DNA of 58,431 nt, the filler included, from Sluysia triapertura (Eukaryota), in the NCBI GenBank assembly GCA_046118255.1. It is 4 parts of 4 records of this genome, joined end to end, with 100 filler letters (N's around TTAATTAATTAA, not from the genome) between each part and the next. Parts side by side here need not be neighbours in the genome. Positions count along the whole stretch, not along the records: positions 16,411 to 31,120 come from JBJNIA010251087.1; positions 31,221 to 46,447 come from JBJNIA010234119.1; 2 more parts are not named here. One strand, written 5' to 3'. Below are positions 25,690 through 39,100 of this stretch, in pieces. A program made the position numbers and the translations under genes. The notes under the pieces are model-generated. The model ran no database searches, was not told the origin of the DNA, and was given only the letters and a program-made list of their open reading frames with translations. Position 1 is the stretch's first letter, and the number at the start of each line of letters is the position of its first letter.

Positions 25690-26348
25690 TTAAGTGATAT
25701 GATTCATGTAGTATTCAAGATGTAATGGCCGGGTTATGATTACATTTAATTTAAAATTGGGCGTTAAGATATTATTACAAATAAAACCAGACTTAAGGTC
25801 TGTACAAACATTAGTATAGTTATTGTTAGTCTCTTTAATGAAAAATCGAAAACACAAATAACACTTTATTTTAACCAATTCAAAAGAAAATTTTAAAATG
25901 TAGCACATTGCGGTTTCATCAGTACAAGAAAGGTATAAGTAAATAATACATAAAGGTACATATAAGTCAAAAACTAAAAATTTTACCAAATAACGTAAAG
26001 TTTGAAAAAGCCGAGTTGGAACGAATTCTCCGCCGGGTAGATGGAAAACGAGACACACGTAGTGCTCGAACAATTTTTTGAATTGAATTTGTATATCAAA
26101 AATAAACACATTGTCTTTGTTATTTAGAAAATTGAATAAATCATCAATCCCTAAAATACAATGTAATCTCAATGGTATTGTTGGGATTAAACGGTTCAAT
26201 GGTATGCTTGAATTTATATTTACATCTTGGATAGGTAACGCTTTAATAACATATGAATCTTCAGTTAGTTCTACTGATCCCGCTTCTTTAGAAGAATCAC
26301 CTTTAGATTTCTGCATAAAACGATCGTTCAGTATTAACTGTTTATGAT
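25690..26348 (-). CDS. Hypothetical protein (probable exon(s) of an unidentified gene)
   Basis: 208-aa ORF in AT-rich DNA, preceded by an acceptor-like ttttacag at ~26350. No motif recognised. Confidence 0.35.
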
Positions 26349-26927
26349 CTGTAAAATTTGAAAAGCATTTTAAAATAATTTTTAAAATTTTTACTTTGTA
26401 CAGTATATAGTTTTCTGTACTTTATTTAGCAACAGAGCACTCAGCCAATGACATCAAATGAATAAAAACAAAAATCTGGTTATCCAAAAACAACGTAATT
26501 AGTAAGTAATCAATTAATATCTGACTCAAATTTATTCTCTTCTAATAGTTTATTATATGAATTTTTGTAGATGCGAGCGGCTATGCACACGAAAATACGG
26601 CACATATAATAACAACCGGATAACTTCAAAACCGAAAACGAAAAATGATGAAATAATTGCATTTACAGAAATTTATACACTGTTTGATTACTTATTGATA
26701 ATAAATGTTTTATTATCTAATGAAAATTTTTTGTAAAATTTATTTTTTCCATATAATTTCACATTTTCAAAACTGTTTAAATCTATATAAATAAGAACAA
26801 AGAGAAGGCATAAAATGTCATTTTAACTATATCCAAATTCAATCATAGATATAGAAATGACAATGATAAATTTTTTATGCTATAAACTGTTGTAAATAAA
26901 TAATTTCTAATGTATAATTATGGTAAC

Positions 26928-28663
26928 TTAAACAATAGTTCCGGGCCACGAAACCAATTTTAAGTTCAAAGGAGATTCTGCTGATTTGAATAAACTGACA
27001 GCTTCACTATGAGCTACATTCGTTAATTGATGGCCGTTTATTGAAATTAGAATATCACCACATCTGAAATTCAATTATTATTTGTCAAAATTCTGAAATA
27101 CTTAAAATATTTACAGAAATATTAATAAACAAAAATTTTGTGAATTTTATAACACATTCGGTCGCTTGTTATAAGTTTATTTAAAAAACTTTAAAAATAG
27201 AAAGTCAATATTTTACCACATTTTCATAAAGCTTCTTTAATATTTAAAAATTGTGTTCAAAGATGTCAGATAAAGAACAAACAGGAAAGTAGTTTCTCAT
27301 GGTTTCAATAACTGCAAACATCTAAGAAATATCATAATAAAGAAAATGAATTTTAGATATTGTTAGTCATATATTTACTTAAGACTACAATGAAAACAAT
27401 GAGATAATGGTAAATCTAATTGATAAAATTTAATTATTAGAAATTAATTAATTATTAATTAATTAATGATAAATAACTAATTGTCTCATATTCCATAATT
27501 GTATTTCGTATTTCATCATTCTACATTTATTCCATTTTAAATAATAATTCTAACACGAACATTATGTATAAATAAACTTGAAAAACCCGTTTTAAAATTG
27601 CATTAAAAATGATTAATTACAAAATAATTTAACATTGTTAACTTTTTTACAATAGTTATAATGTTTTTATCTCAAAAAACTTATATTAAAATGGCATCTG
27701 TTACATTGTACAAATTAATCGAAACTTACAGTATACTAAATCCAAAGATAATATTATTCGTTTATGGCCTTTAGAAGACAAAACATTTTTAACGAATTTT
27801 TTGTTGATATTTAAAGACAATCTACAAAATTTGATTTGTTTAAAAATAATTAACAGTTGGGTTAATAGAATTATGATATACAAGAAGATACAAGATTCTT
27901 TTTAAGTCACTGGTCACTTTTATTTTTTGAGTACATTTATATATTTTATAATAAAACAGCATAAATAACAATTCACGCGACACGTATCATTACAATATTG
28001 AAAATAATTATTTTAGCGAGAAATCTGGCACAGTTTTAATCAGATTTTTTGCAGTGTCCGTACTAATTTGAAATTAAAAGTTTGCACTTTATTTAAACCT
28101 TTAAAACAGAATCAATGTAAAACAAATAAGATTGTAGCGAGTAATTATTTAAAACACAAAAAGTCATTGCATAACTTAATTGTTATAGTTTTTATTTATG
28201 AATTATAAATAGAAATACTACTCATCATTATGTACTAATTAATTTACCTTAACATGTTCCGTTTTTAGATATTCAAAATTATACTGTTTTATTATCATTA
28301 TAATTTATATTTTAATTCTAACTTTAATCGACCATTTTTATAAGCTGGCGATCCATATACAATAGATTTGATCATGATTGGTCGATATAATGGTTCTCTT
28401 TGCACTCTTAAATCAGTTTGGACGAAATTGTTCTGATCAAATTCTGAACTTTCACTCGATTGTAACGAATTTAATGTAACCAAGTCGTTACCACCAACTA
28501 TACTAAAACCTATTGAATTTGTAACAGGATCACGTGCTAATGTGATTGTACGTGGAATTTGACAATAGGTCGGTAATTTTAACCAATAGAGCCAAGTTGG
28601 TATGAAATTTTCACTATTGATTGTAGTTGAAACATTAGGCACCTTTAAAACACGAACTATCAC
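26928..28663 (-). CDS. LNX: LNX (Ligand of Numb protein X)-like PDZ protein, last two exons (28663-28323, 27063-26928)
   Basis: FIPTWLYWLKLP..ITLARDPVTNSIGFSIVGG..IKSIVYGSPAYKNGRLK|CGDILISINGHQLTNVAHSEAVSLFK..LKLVSWPGTIV*. The PxWxxWLxLP linker and terminal VSWPG are characteristic of the last PDZ of LNX1/2. GT-AG phase is consistent. Confidence 0.85.
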
Positions 28664-30742
28664 CTGAAATGACGAACATCAAAGTGATAATATAACAAGT
28701 TTAAAATTAAAACTGAATAAAATAATTTTATAATAAATTTTGTGTTTGTATCAAAATTATGGTCCACAAAATGTCATGCTTGTGCTTATCGCTAGTTAAA
28801 TAATGATTCATATCAACTTTATTCGAAATCTAATAATAATAATATAATATCCAGACATTTTAAAGTCATTAGAAGTAATCAATAAAAATAATTCATTGAA
28901 AAGACTTTTTAAGGTCAAGTTAACGAAGAACATTAAATTTAAAGGTCAAAACATTGTTATAGAAATCATTTAGCACACTAACAAATCAGTAGGAAGCTCA
29001 TTAGTGTTACCATAATACTTTTTCGGATACAATTACATTTTGAAAAACTTGTCAATTCTTCATCACTGCAAATAACTCAACAATTCGACAATCATATAAC
29101 GCTATACTATGGCATAATAAAATCGAGCGAACCTTTTCTTCAGAAATATTAAATTGTTCCAAATAGACGCTAGTTTATGTTATAAAGGTCTTCGGAATTT
29201 TAAATAGCGAAATAAAATAGATTCAACATTTAATTAAAAAAAATTTTCAACCACCATTTTAAACTGGTAAATAAAATCAATTTAAAATATTTAAATTTTA
29301 TTTAAAAATAAAACCTTTAAATAATTAAAATACAACTTAATATTTCTAAATACACTTGCCACACCTTGCTATCTGTGATAGAAATATTTTAGTTATTTAC
29401 TATTTAAATTATATGAGTACCATTTTGAAAATCACATTTTAAAATATAGTCATTTTGTTGTCATAAAATTTAACAATATTTTAATTATTTTAAAATATAT
29501 TTAACAATCTTTATTAATATAATATACACAGTAATTTATCTTAGACATCCGACTTCTGAAAAATATTATCTTTTAAATCCTGTAAATTAATCACGCTTCG
29601 TTGTAAGTCTTGGATTGTAGGTGAACTTCAATAGGTATTTTCTTTCACTTATGAGAGACGGTTTTCTTAATATAATCTGATTTCATCATATATAATTTTA
29701 GAGAATATTGGTTTTGTAAAGTTAAAGTTTTTATTAAAATAGAAGTAAAAAAATAAAAATTATTTAAAATCTAATATGAATAAAATTCTAAAATATCCAA
29801 TATAAGGTACAAATAAATGTTTTAAATAATGCACAAAAAAATGTTATATTTGAAAATTGTGACTTTACAGAAGTACTTTTCTTTTATTTGAAAATAAGAT
29901 AATGATAAAAATGATAAAAAATCATATCTCGATTTAATACCAACATTATATATTGCCAAATATAAATACAAATTAACTATGATTATTGCTATTATTTACA
30001 ATATTATTATTATTATATTATTATATTAACATTAAATTTTGTTTTTTATAAATAACTTTATTTATGCCATTTTTCTTTTAATGTCATACAATAAAGACGA
30101 AAGATGGCAATAAATCGAGATATGGCTATCATAATTTGTATTTGTTAACTAACAAGTTTTACACTATAGACTTAATTTGTAAATTATCTTAATATTGAAT
30201 TCTTCAAAAACCACAATTTAAAATATCAAAAGATTTTATGAATTATAAAAATGTTCAGTACTAAATTATTAAAACTATTGAAAATAAATAAATAATAAAT
30301 AAATAAATGTCAAAAATATAAATCTTCAATGTTTACAAAATCGAGAAAACAAATAAGTGAACATTATTTATCTAATTATTCAAAAATAAAATATCAAAAT
30401 ATACTAAATTATATACTTGCATAATTTACAAGTAAAACGTAAATTCAATTTAAAACTAAATATTTATTTTATTGATTTATTGTAACGATTAATTCTATTG
30501 CACTTTTATTGATGACAGTAAATAATGATGAAAATCCTACATAAATAAAATTGATTTTATGACTGTTACTAATATTCAGTACTAAAGTATAATTAATATA
30601 CTAATAATAATAATAATAATAATAATAAAATTACGGTACATTGGATAATTAATTTAAAATAATACATGAAAAATTAATTTAAGGAATACAAAAATACAAA
30701 TATGCGCTAGCATGAATTGTCAAATATTAATTTTATCTAGGT

Positions 30743-30800
<58 letters not shown>

Positions 30801-30989
30801 CAACTACACATTAACTAGATTTAACACTATCAGCTACATGCGATTTCTAGAATTTTCGATAATTTATTTGCATGAAATATGATCATTCTTTCGATTTACC
30901 AAATGATTATTTTGAAACAAGACGCATTAAAAATATCTTTAACATTAGGATACATTTACACATTTAAAAATTATTACTATTGCTATTAC

Positions 30990-31055
<66 letters not shown>

Positions 31056-31120
31056 TATTAATTTATTATTATAACATTTATTTCTGGCTTGAATTTGTTT
31101 TCCTCTTATTTTATTTCCTT

Positions 31121-31220
31121 NNNNNNNNNNNNNNNNNNNNNNNNNNNNNNNNNNNNNNNNNNNNTTAATTAATTAANNNNNNNNNNNNNNNNNNNNNNNN
31201 NNNNNNNNNNNNNNNNNNNN
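31121..31220. other. Assembly spacer
   Basis: N44-TTAATTAATTAA-N44. Confidence 0.97.
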
Positions 31221-31229
31221 TCCCGATAT

Positions 31230-32470
31230 CTGTCATGCATATAACTCATAAAGACTTCTTCTTGTTTATTTTTGAATCGATTTTTATCACAATCTAAGCC
31301 GGTGATGTAGAATTCTCGTAACATAGCATCTGTTATCAATTTTGAGTAGTTGTCATCTTCTTCACTCTAGATTCTTGACTTCTTTGTTCCTTCTTGTTAT
31401 TCTTTCTATTTCTTTTGTGTTTCTCTTCTTCTTATTCTTCGTAATATTCATCTTCATATCGATGTTGATCTTCGTATTCGTTCTAATTTCTTTGATTTCT
31501 ATAGTTACAATTCATTTGTCCTTTCTCATTTTTATTATTATCATCAAACTTTACTTTCCTATTATGGCTTTGATATTTTTGTTGTTGAGAGCCCCTTACC
31601 TTAGAGAAATCTTCACTAAAAGTATTTTGTTTTAACTTACCGCAATTGCTTGTAGAATTCCCATATTTCTTACAATTATTGCAACGTATTTCCACGTCAG
31701 TGTTAGTGTGAGCCTTATCGTTCGGACTTTTACTTCGGCCTCGATAATTATTTATATTTGCATTTAGTGGTCATGTTGGTGCTGGTCTCTGTTCGTAATT
31801 TATCATACCATTTCGATTTCCACTGTTATTCTGAAATCTTTTTGGCTGAAAATTGTTTCTTCTAAAACTACTATTAAAATATATCGGATTATCCCTTATT
31901 ATAATTTAAATAATTATTCCTATTAGAAAAATTATTATTATAATTATAATATCGATTATTAGAATTAACGAATTTATCTTTATTAGTATTATTTCTTGTA
32001 AGTTTTGGGCTTTTACTTTCACGATCACTAACATAATTAATATTATCTTTATCTTTATCTTTATAAGAAGATTTTTCTATACTTCTTAATTTCTTAACTA
32101 ATTCTTTGAAAGGTACTTCTTCAATTAAAGTAACATAAGTCCTCAATTCAGGACGTAAACTACTTTAATTTATCTTTTAAAATAATTTCTCTATTACCTT
32201 TAGCAATTTTTGCTCTATTTATTAGATTCTTCAATGCGCATGTGAATTCGTGAACAGTTTCAACAGCTTTATGCTTTCTTAAGTTTAACATTTTATTATA
32301 ATATTTTCCCACGTCATCTCTTCGGTAAATGCATTAACAAAAGAATTCCAAGTTGCTTTATCTTGTTCATTTACGTCTTTATTAACCAGATTTTGCAACA
32401 TTTTCACGAAGAGAATAATTCAGTCTAAAATTACATAAAATTAGCAATTAAATTTTTTCACAAATGCTCA
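31230..32470 (-). pseudogene. Ty3/gypsy-like gag remnant
   Basis: LRKHKAVETVHEFTCALKNL (capsid MHR-like), FKELVKKLRSIE, an Asn-rich linker and a degenerate zinc knuckle CNNCKKYGNSTSNC. Confidence 0.65.
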
Positions 32471-33628
32471 ATAAAATCGTTAAATCCAGTTACTAATCCT
32501 AATTCTGATCTTCTAAGAAGGTTAGAAATGTGAAGAATAGAATGATAAGATAAGATAAGATTTTATTTTACTTAGTTTATCTTTTTACTCGTGAATTTTC
32601 TATGATACTGGACTTATTCACTGAAGGGTCAGCACATAGATTTTCAGCGTCAAAAAAAGATATTAAAACTGGAGGTAAATATATGTGATTGGTTTTATGT
32701 AACTTCTTATTTAGGTACAACAATTATTATTTTAATGATAAAAAATAACTCTTCCATTACCTTTATTAACCACAAGACAAATATTGATAGTACACTTAAT
32801 CAAGCGATATTAGAAAAATTACAAAGTAAATGTTAACAGTTAATAGTATAATAAAATCAAAAGATATTAAAGGATCTATAATGTAAATGATAATAAATTG
32901 ATAGTATAATTGATTATAATAAAAAGAAAGGATATTACAAGATTTATTTATAAAAACTGTATTATTATATTACTTTACATTCTTACAGAAATTTAATGTC
33001 ACAAAATGTTAATATTAATAATGTTAAATATTCGATCAATAATATCCACAATCAAATATAGAAAATTCAAAATTCAATTAATTTATTAGGTATCAAATAT
33101 ACAGAATTAAAAACTTAGATACAAAATTAACAGATTAAAAATTTAATCAATATTAATCTATAATTAATATTAAGGTATAAAATTTTTCTTTTTATAATAA
33201 TTTGTATTGTATTAAATTCTACCAAAATTTAACTAAATTTAAGTATATTTTATTCTATAATTAAATCTTTCCTAATAAAAGAAAACTAACGATTACAAAA
33301 TTAATAGTCGCTTTAAATAAATTTCCAATCAAACGAAATATTCTTCTTTTATTCTTTAAATTTTAGCTATCACGAGAGAATTCTTCTTTAAAGCAAATTA
33401 TAACTTTTATAACTATTTTCTTTAAAACAAATAATAACAGCCTTTTCTAAATTTAAAACAACTGAGTTTTTAAACTTTGCAAACTCTATTTATATAATTT
33501 TTACGTCATAATAATGGATTTAAACAAATAGAAATTTTTAATAATAATAATATTTAGTAATTTCATGATTCTAAAGAAAAATTTTTAATTGACTAAGATA
33601 ATATTAACTGTTTAGCGAGTTTATGTTA

Positions 33629-33665
<37 letters not shown>

Positions 33666-34137
33666 TGAAATTTTATTGTAATATTATTTATATTTGCTTC
33701 TTATTGTCTTATAATTTTTACGATAGATCGTCATCCTATTAATATAACATTGTGTACTATGCGATTTGCATCAAACAGTAAACATTTGAGTAAAAGTATT
33801 AAAGTAAATATAATGATAAAACAAACATTATTTAGTGTAATACATTTAAGTATTAATGAGATTCTATATTTAAAAAATATGAAAATGATATTATTATTAA
33901 ACACAATCCTTAAACAATTTGCTTAGTCAAACATATCACTCACAAAATTGGTGCTTCGAATATTTTATTAATTTTACAAGAATCAATGTACAATAGTTTC
34001 ACTGTTATTTATCGCTAAAACATCAAAAACAAAATTGCATATCGTTTTAATTTGAAATGATAAGTTTATTATTTAATAAGGTCGATTTACTCTTTCATAG
34101 AATTAAATCTTAAATTGCACGATAAAATATATTTTTG

Positions 34138-34349
34138 CAATTTATTTTAGCCGATTTAATGAGTGTTAAAACCATCCTAAATTTCACATACAATTTATTT
34201 TAGCCGATCTAATGAGTGTTAAAACCATCCTAAATTCCACATACAATTTATTTTAGCCGATCTAATAAGTGTTAAAACCATCCTAAATTCCACATACAAT
34301 TTATTTTAGCCGATCTAATGAGTGTTAAAACCATCCTAAATTTCGCATA
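34138..34349. repeat. 53-bp minisatellite x4
   Basis: caatttattttagccgatctaatgagtgttaaaaccatcctaaattccacata at 34138, 34191, 34244 and 34297. Confidence 0.95.
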
Positions 34350-34914
34350 CATAAAAAGGTTAGAGCCTTCTAAATATAAATTCTAACAAACTACTTATTC
34401 GCATCTTGCTCTCAACGCCGAATAAAGGGCGGGCAAGCAGGACGATAAAAATAAAATATTTTTACATTCATTACACGTTTAGATTTTATAAATTAAAATC
34501 GATCATTTTTCATGAGACATCGATTTTTTTAGCAATCAATAAATTTTTTTCTTTAATAATACCAAATAAAGGTCACAACGCTAATTATTTTATTATTGTA
34601 AACTGTTTACAAACTGATTTTTAAAAAAATTAATTTAATTAACTACCTTATTGAATTTTTGACAAATAGCACTACAAAAAATCTTGTATGTCACGCGTAT
34701 GCAACAGGAATAGCTTAACTTACTTTTCAAAGTTCTCACTCCTTCGTCGCTCAATCTTCAAATGCGCTCATTGTTATTCCATATGTTGTGTCGCTTGTAA
34801 GTAAATAAATTATGTATTATTTTTAAAAAATAAATTTGTTACACAGTTCTTTATTGTGTAATTTTGATTTTTTGCCTTTTTTTTACTACTTTTTTAAATC
34901 GCAGTAAATTTGAA

Positions 34915-34967
34915 AGGACGCCAAATTTTGTTTTGCCCGAGCGCTCAAAACTCTAGATCCGGCCCTG
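34915..34967. mobile_element. hAT-like MITE end
   Basis: GC-rich terminus ...ttgcccgagcgctcaaaactctagatccGGCCCTG (CAGGGCCGG-type TIR). The partner end was not found. Confidence 0.4.
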
Positions 34968-36010
34968 TCTATATTTTATTACATTATTTTGTGTTTCGTT
35001 CTAAGTCCTCTCAATATGGGCGTATTGAATGAGTAGTCAACAATTGAAATATTTAATAATTATGGCCTGATAGCAAAACGTATAAGTACGACATGTGGCA
35101 AGCAATAAAATGAATTATTATTATCTGAATCTAACAATATAATCGTTGTTAAGACACATTATTTAGTATTATTTCTATGATATTTTTAGGGTTACTTCAA
35201 TCGTAAAAACTGTAAATAAAGATTATATTCATCCAAATGGAAACTGCAGCATACATGCAGAATTAATAAAGAATATTCTCGTTTTATGCATTTCCCACGC
35301 TAAACAGGCGGTGCCATTAAATAAGCGATTTATAAAAATATGCACACTGTTTTTATATTTCAAAATTTGAACCAATTATTTTTCTATCCATTAAAATAGA
35401 TAATTATAACATTAAGTAATAGTATTAATAATAATTTCATAAATCAACAACATATTTGAAAGACAATAACAGTTTTTTTCTTATACTAATTATATATTCT
35501 GACTCATAATGTCTGACTCTTAAATAGCATCTACATAAAGACACACATATACACACATACACATACACTATGAAATCACAAATATTGAAACAAGTACACA
35601 TACACACAAACATACATATAAATGTCATTATAATTGATTTGTGTGAAAAATATTATTATTGAACTATTATTATTATTATTACTAAAATTTTTAAAGGGTA
35701 AATAATAATTAATAAGTAATAATCAAACACAATAAAAATAATTAATAATAATAATAATGAATAAATAAATAAAATCTCATATACACAATAACAAACAAAA
35801 ATAATCTACTTATTTCAAATGACCCATATATATGTGTATTATAACAAATAAAAATAGAAGTCCTATATTTTTAATGTAAATTGTATATTTAAATTATTTG
35901 TTTATTTAAGGATAAATATTTTATTCAAAAAATGATTATTTTCTATAGTAATTTAATACAAAAATAATAATGATAATTTCTACTAATACATTAATGTTTA
36001 TTTTGTGGAC

Positions 36011-36067
<57 letters not shown>

Positions 36068-36133
36068 TGATAATAATAATAATAATAATAGTATTGACGA
36101 CAAATGTTAATTTAGGCATGTTTTATATATTAT

Positions 36134-39100
36134 TTATGATGAAATTGTTATATGATTGTAGTACCATTCTCGATTATCTTCTAATGTATCTAGAATATGT
36201 TGTGCTTCTGGGTAAACTAATTCGGACCATGTTTCCCACAATGGATGGACAATAAAATCAATGAAGCTGACTTGAGATTTTTCAATGGTAGCGGTTTCAC
36301 GATCACACATTGGGGAAATATCCAAATTATGGCTTCGTTCACGGTCACCCTGGGCAAAAAATTCATTCATTATACGGCTTGTCCAATCACGATAGAGTTG
36401 CAAGGGTTTAGTTGGATTTGACAGGTCCGCGCAATGAACCATGTTTTGAAGAATCTGAAGTAGTTAAAATAAAGAATCATTTTGTTTGTATTATTAAGCA
36501 AACAATTTGTTATCTAAAATGGCTACAAATGATCAGAAATGTTTAAGTAGACAAAAAAGAGAACAAAAGTTATTGTCATCGCTACCCTTTAAAATCAATA
36601 CAAAAAACAATTAAAATCATTAAATTCTTCAAAAGAAAATTCCGTACTAAAAATAGAAAAGAAGTTTCTAGAATGTTCTATAATTGGCTGTGAGTATGTA
36701 TAAATAGCCGCAGCTAATCATAAAGAAACAAAAGAATCATAAAAACATGCCAAATACTGGCTACTAAAACGGACAATGACAAGTGATACTAAACAACCCA
36801 TTAGGAAGTCATTATACTTTTAAATTACTACGAGATCGACATCAATCGTTTTCTTTATTACAGTATCATTCTAGATTACGTATCAAATTCAGAATTACCA
36901 ATAATTAAGATGTGGGTACATTAACGCCATGGTCACACTTTGGATCATACATGACTTTTCTGTGCCAGTAATTACTGAATCAGTGCACAGGAAAAACAAA
37001 CTTAATATCGAACAAGATGTAAGTACCGATAATAAAAATAATTCAACCAGTCTAATTCCAACTAATATTAAATATAGTTTGAACATTACAATTATGTAAA
37101 ATCCTAATTTTTATTTTTATATTATTCCATCCAATTTATAATGATCTTCATAATTTATACTTCATACCATTCTTACGGTTGAAGCTATTTGATTAGACAT
37201 TTTTAATACGAAAATGTACATTTCAGAAGTTTAGCAATATACTAAACTTCGTTTCTTCGTTTCAATAACCGGTCTTATCGATTCGAAAATATACAATACC
37301 TTTTCGTAATATATATTAATAATTTTAGGATTTTGTTAAATTTTAACTAAATTATACTCATTTTTATAATTCTTTAATTTCACGCTATCCGATTTGTTTT
37401 CATCCTCTTCGTAAATATCAAGCCATTTCGATTCCTTGCATCTATTGCCTTCATTTTAAGAACATTTTCTTCTTTTACGATAACTCACCAACTGATTACC
37501 CATATTGTCCACAATTACCTCTTGGAAAAAAAATATTATAAGAATCGGTACAAACATACTTACATTTTTGACACTAAACACATCTATTTTTCTCACCCTA
37601 CACTCTTACTTTTTCACCTGTTCCTACTTTCATTTCTAAACCAGTTTTTCTTAAACCACTTGTTTCACATCTCTCCGCCCTCACGAAGTATCAAAACCGA
37701 CGCAGACGGAGGAGGGAATTGAAGCGTTTCTAAAAAGCCAATGGCCTTCATGAAAAACACGGGAATATATTTTTAACCCTTCTATTATGTACATGTTATG
37801 TAATTCTAGATGGCACAGCAAATGGTAAAATTTTCATCCAAACTACATCTTTTTATGGAGGCATCGACCATTGCCAAAAAGATGTCCCTTCTACTTCATT
37901 CTTAATCTCTAAATCGAGTCCTAATCATCTTAAATCCAAAATTAAGAAGAATTTCGCCCTACATATTTTTATCCTATCTTCCGCTTTCCCTCAGGTCATC
38001 GTCAATGAATTGTTTGGCTTCCCTGCGAACCGTGGCACCATCATTTTTGTGGCCTCACGAGATGTTCTCAGGGTTACCTTAACGATTGACTCTTCCTCTC
38101 TCTTTTTTCGTATTTGTCATTACTCCAACTCATACTATAATAGTGGAAGCCTACAAATATCTCACGACATTTGCTGCACTTTTTCCTATTACTCCAGGAA
38201 ATCTAGATCGTGTCTCGCTCCCTTAGAGAATTTTGACGCGTGGCAAGAATGCTTAATATTTACTCACATCCCATTTCCCCCCATCTTTGAGGAAAATAAA
38301 CTGATCTTTGTGGCTTTCCATCACCTATTCGACGTAAATAATAAGCACCAGAATATTCAGTTGAGCTTCATGCCCTGTAATAGGAAATTTCATTCTATTG
38401 ACATTGTAAGGCCAACAGTTCGAGTCCAAAATTTTTATAAGGAAATACGTGGACTCAATGATCAAAATCTTTCATCGACTAAAGACATAGAGGATATTAG
38501 AAGCTTCTGGCTAGCTTCCTTACACGTTAAATTTTTAGTTTGAAAAAGTTGGTGGAGGGTAATAGTGAAACTCACCAACAACCATCTCGTGTCTTTCTCA
38601 TCAGCCGATCCTTTTCTCAAAGCAGGTCCTAAAGTTATTGTAACCATTTCTGTAACCCTACATGAACCACATTTAAAATTATATTTTTTGTTTGACCATC
38701 TTTCTTTCTCTTTCTTTTGTTTCTTCTGTTCCATAATCACCCTTACTTTCTAACTCTTCTTCTCCACTTTTTCTTCAACTTCTCAATTCCAGAGGTCCCA
38801 CATCGCCAGATCAGTTCATCGAGCATTTTTATGCCCCATCTCCTCCGCATCAAGAACCAATGGTTAGACGCGAGACATCAGTCCCCCTGAGTCGATGTGG
38901 ATGACTCTGAATAATAATAGTTAGGCCCAACTGATACTTTATACTGCGGCGATGGCATTGATATCGACAATTTTTAACTTTTGCAGTGATTTATATAATA
39001 TAATGTTTGATATCATAATAACTACATTATGTGATTGTATATATATCTATATAATTGTTTTTATTGTGTATGCATTTTATTTCTTAAATTCTAAATCTCA

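Noticed and set aside
30879-31168. Poly-Tyr and poly-Leu ORFs
   Set aside because: Translations of an (ATT)n microsatellite running up to a gap.
31342-31635. Hydrophobic 97-aa ORF as a membrane protein
   Set aside because: Antisense to the K/R/N/E-rich gag remnant.
34138-34349. CRISPR-like array
   Set aside because: Head-to-tail 53-bp units with no unique spacers, in a eukaryotic context; it is a minisatellite.
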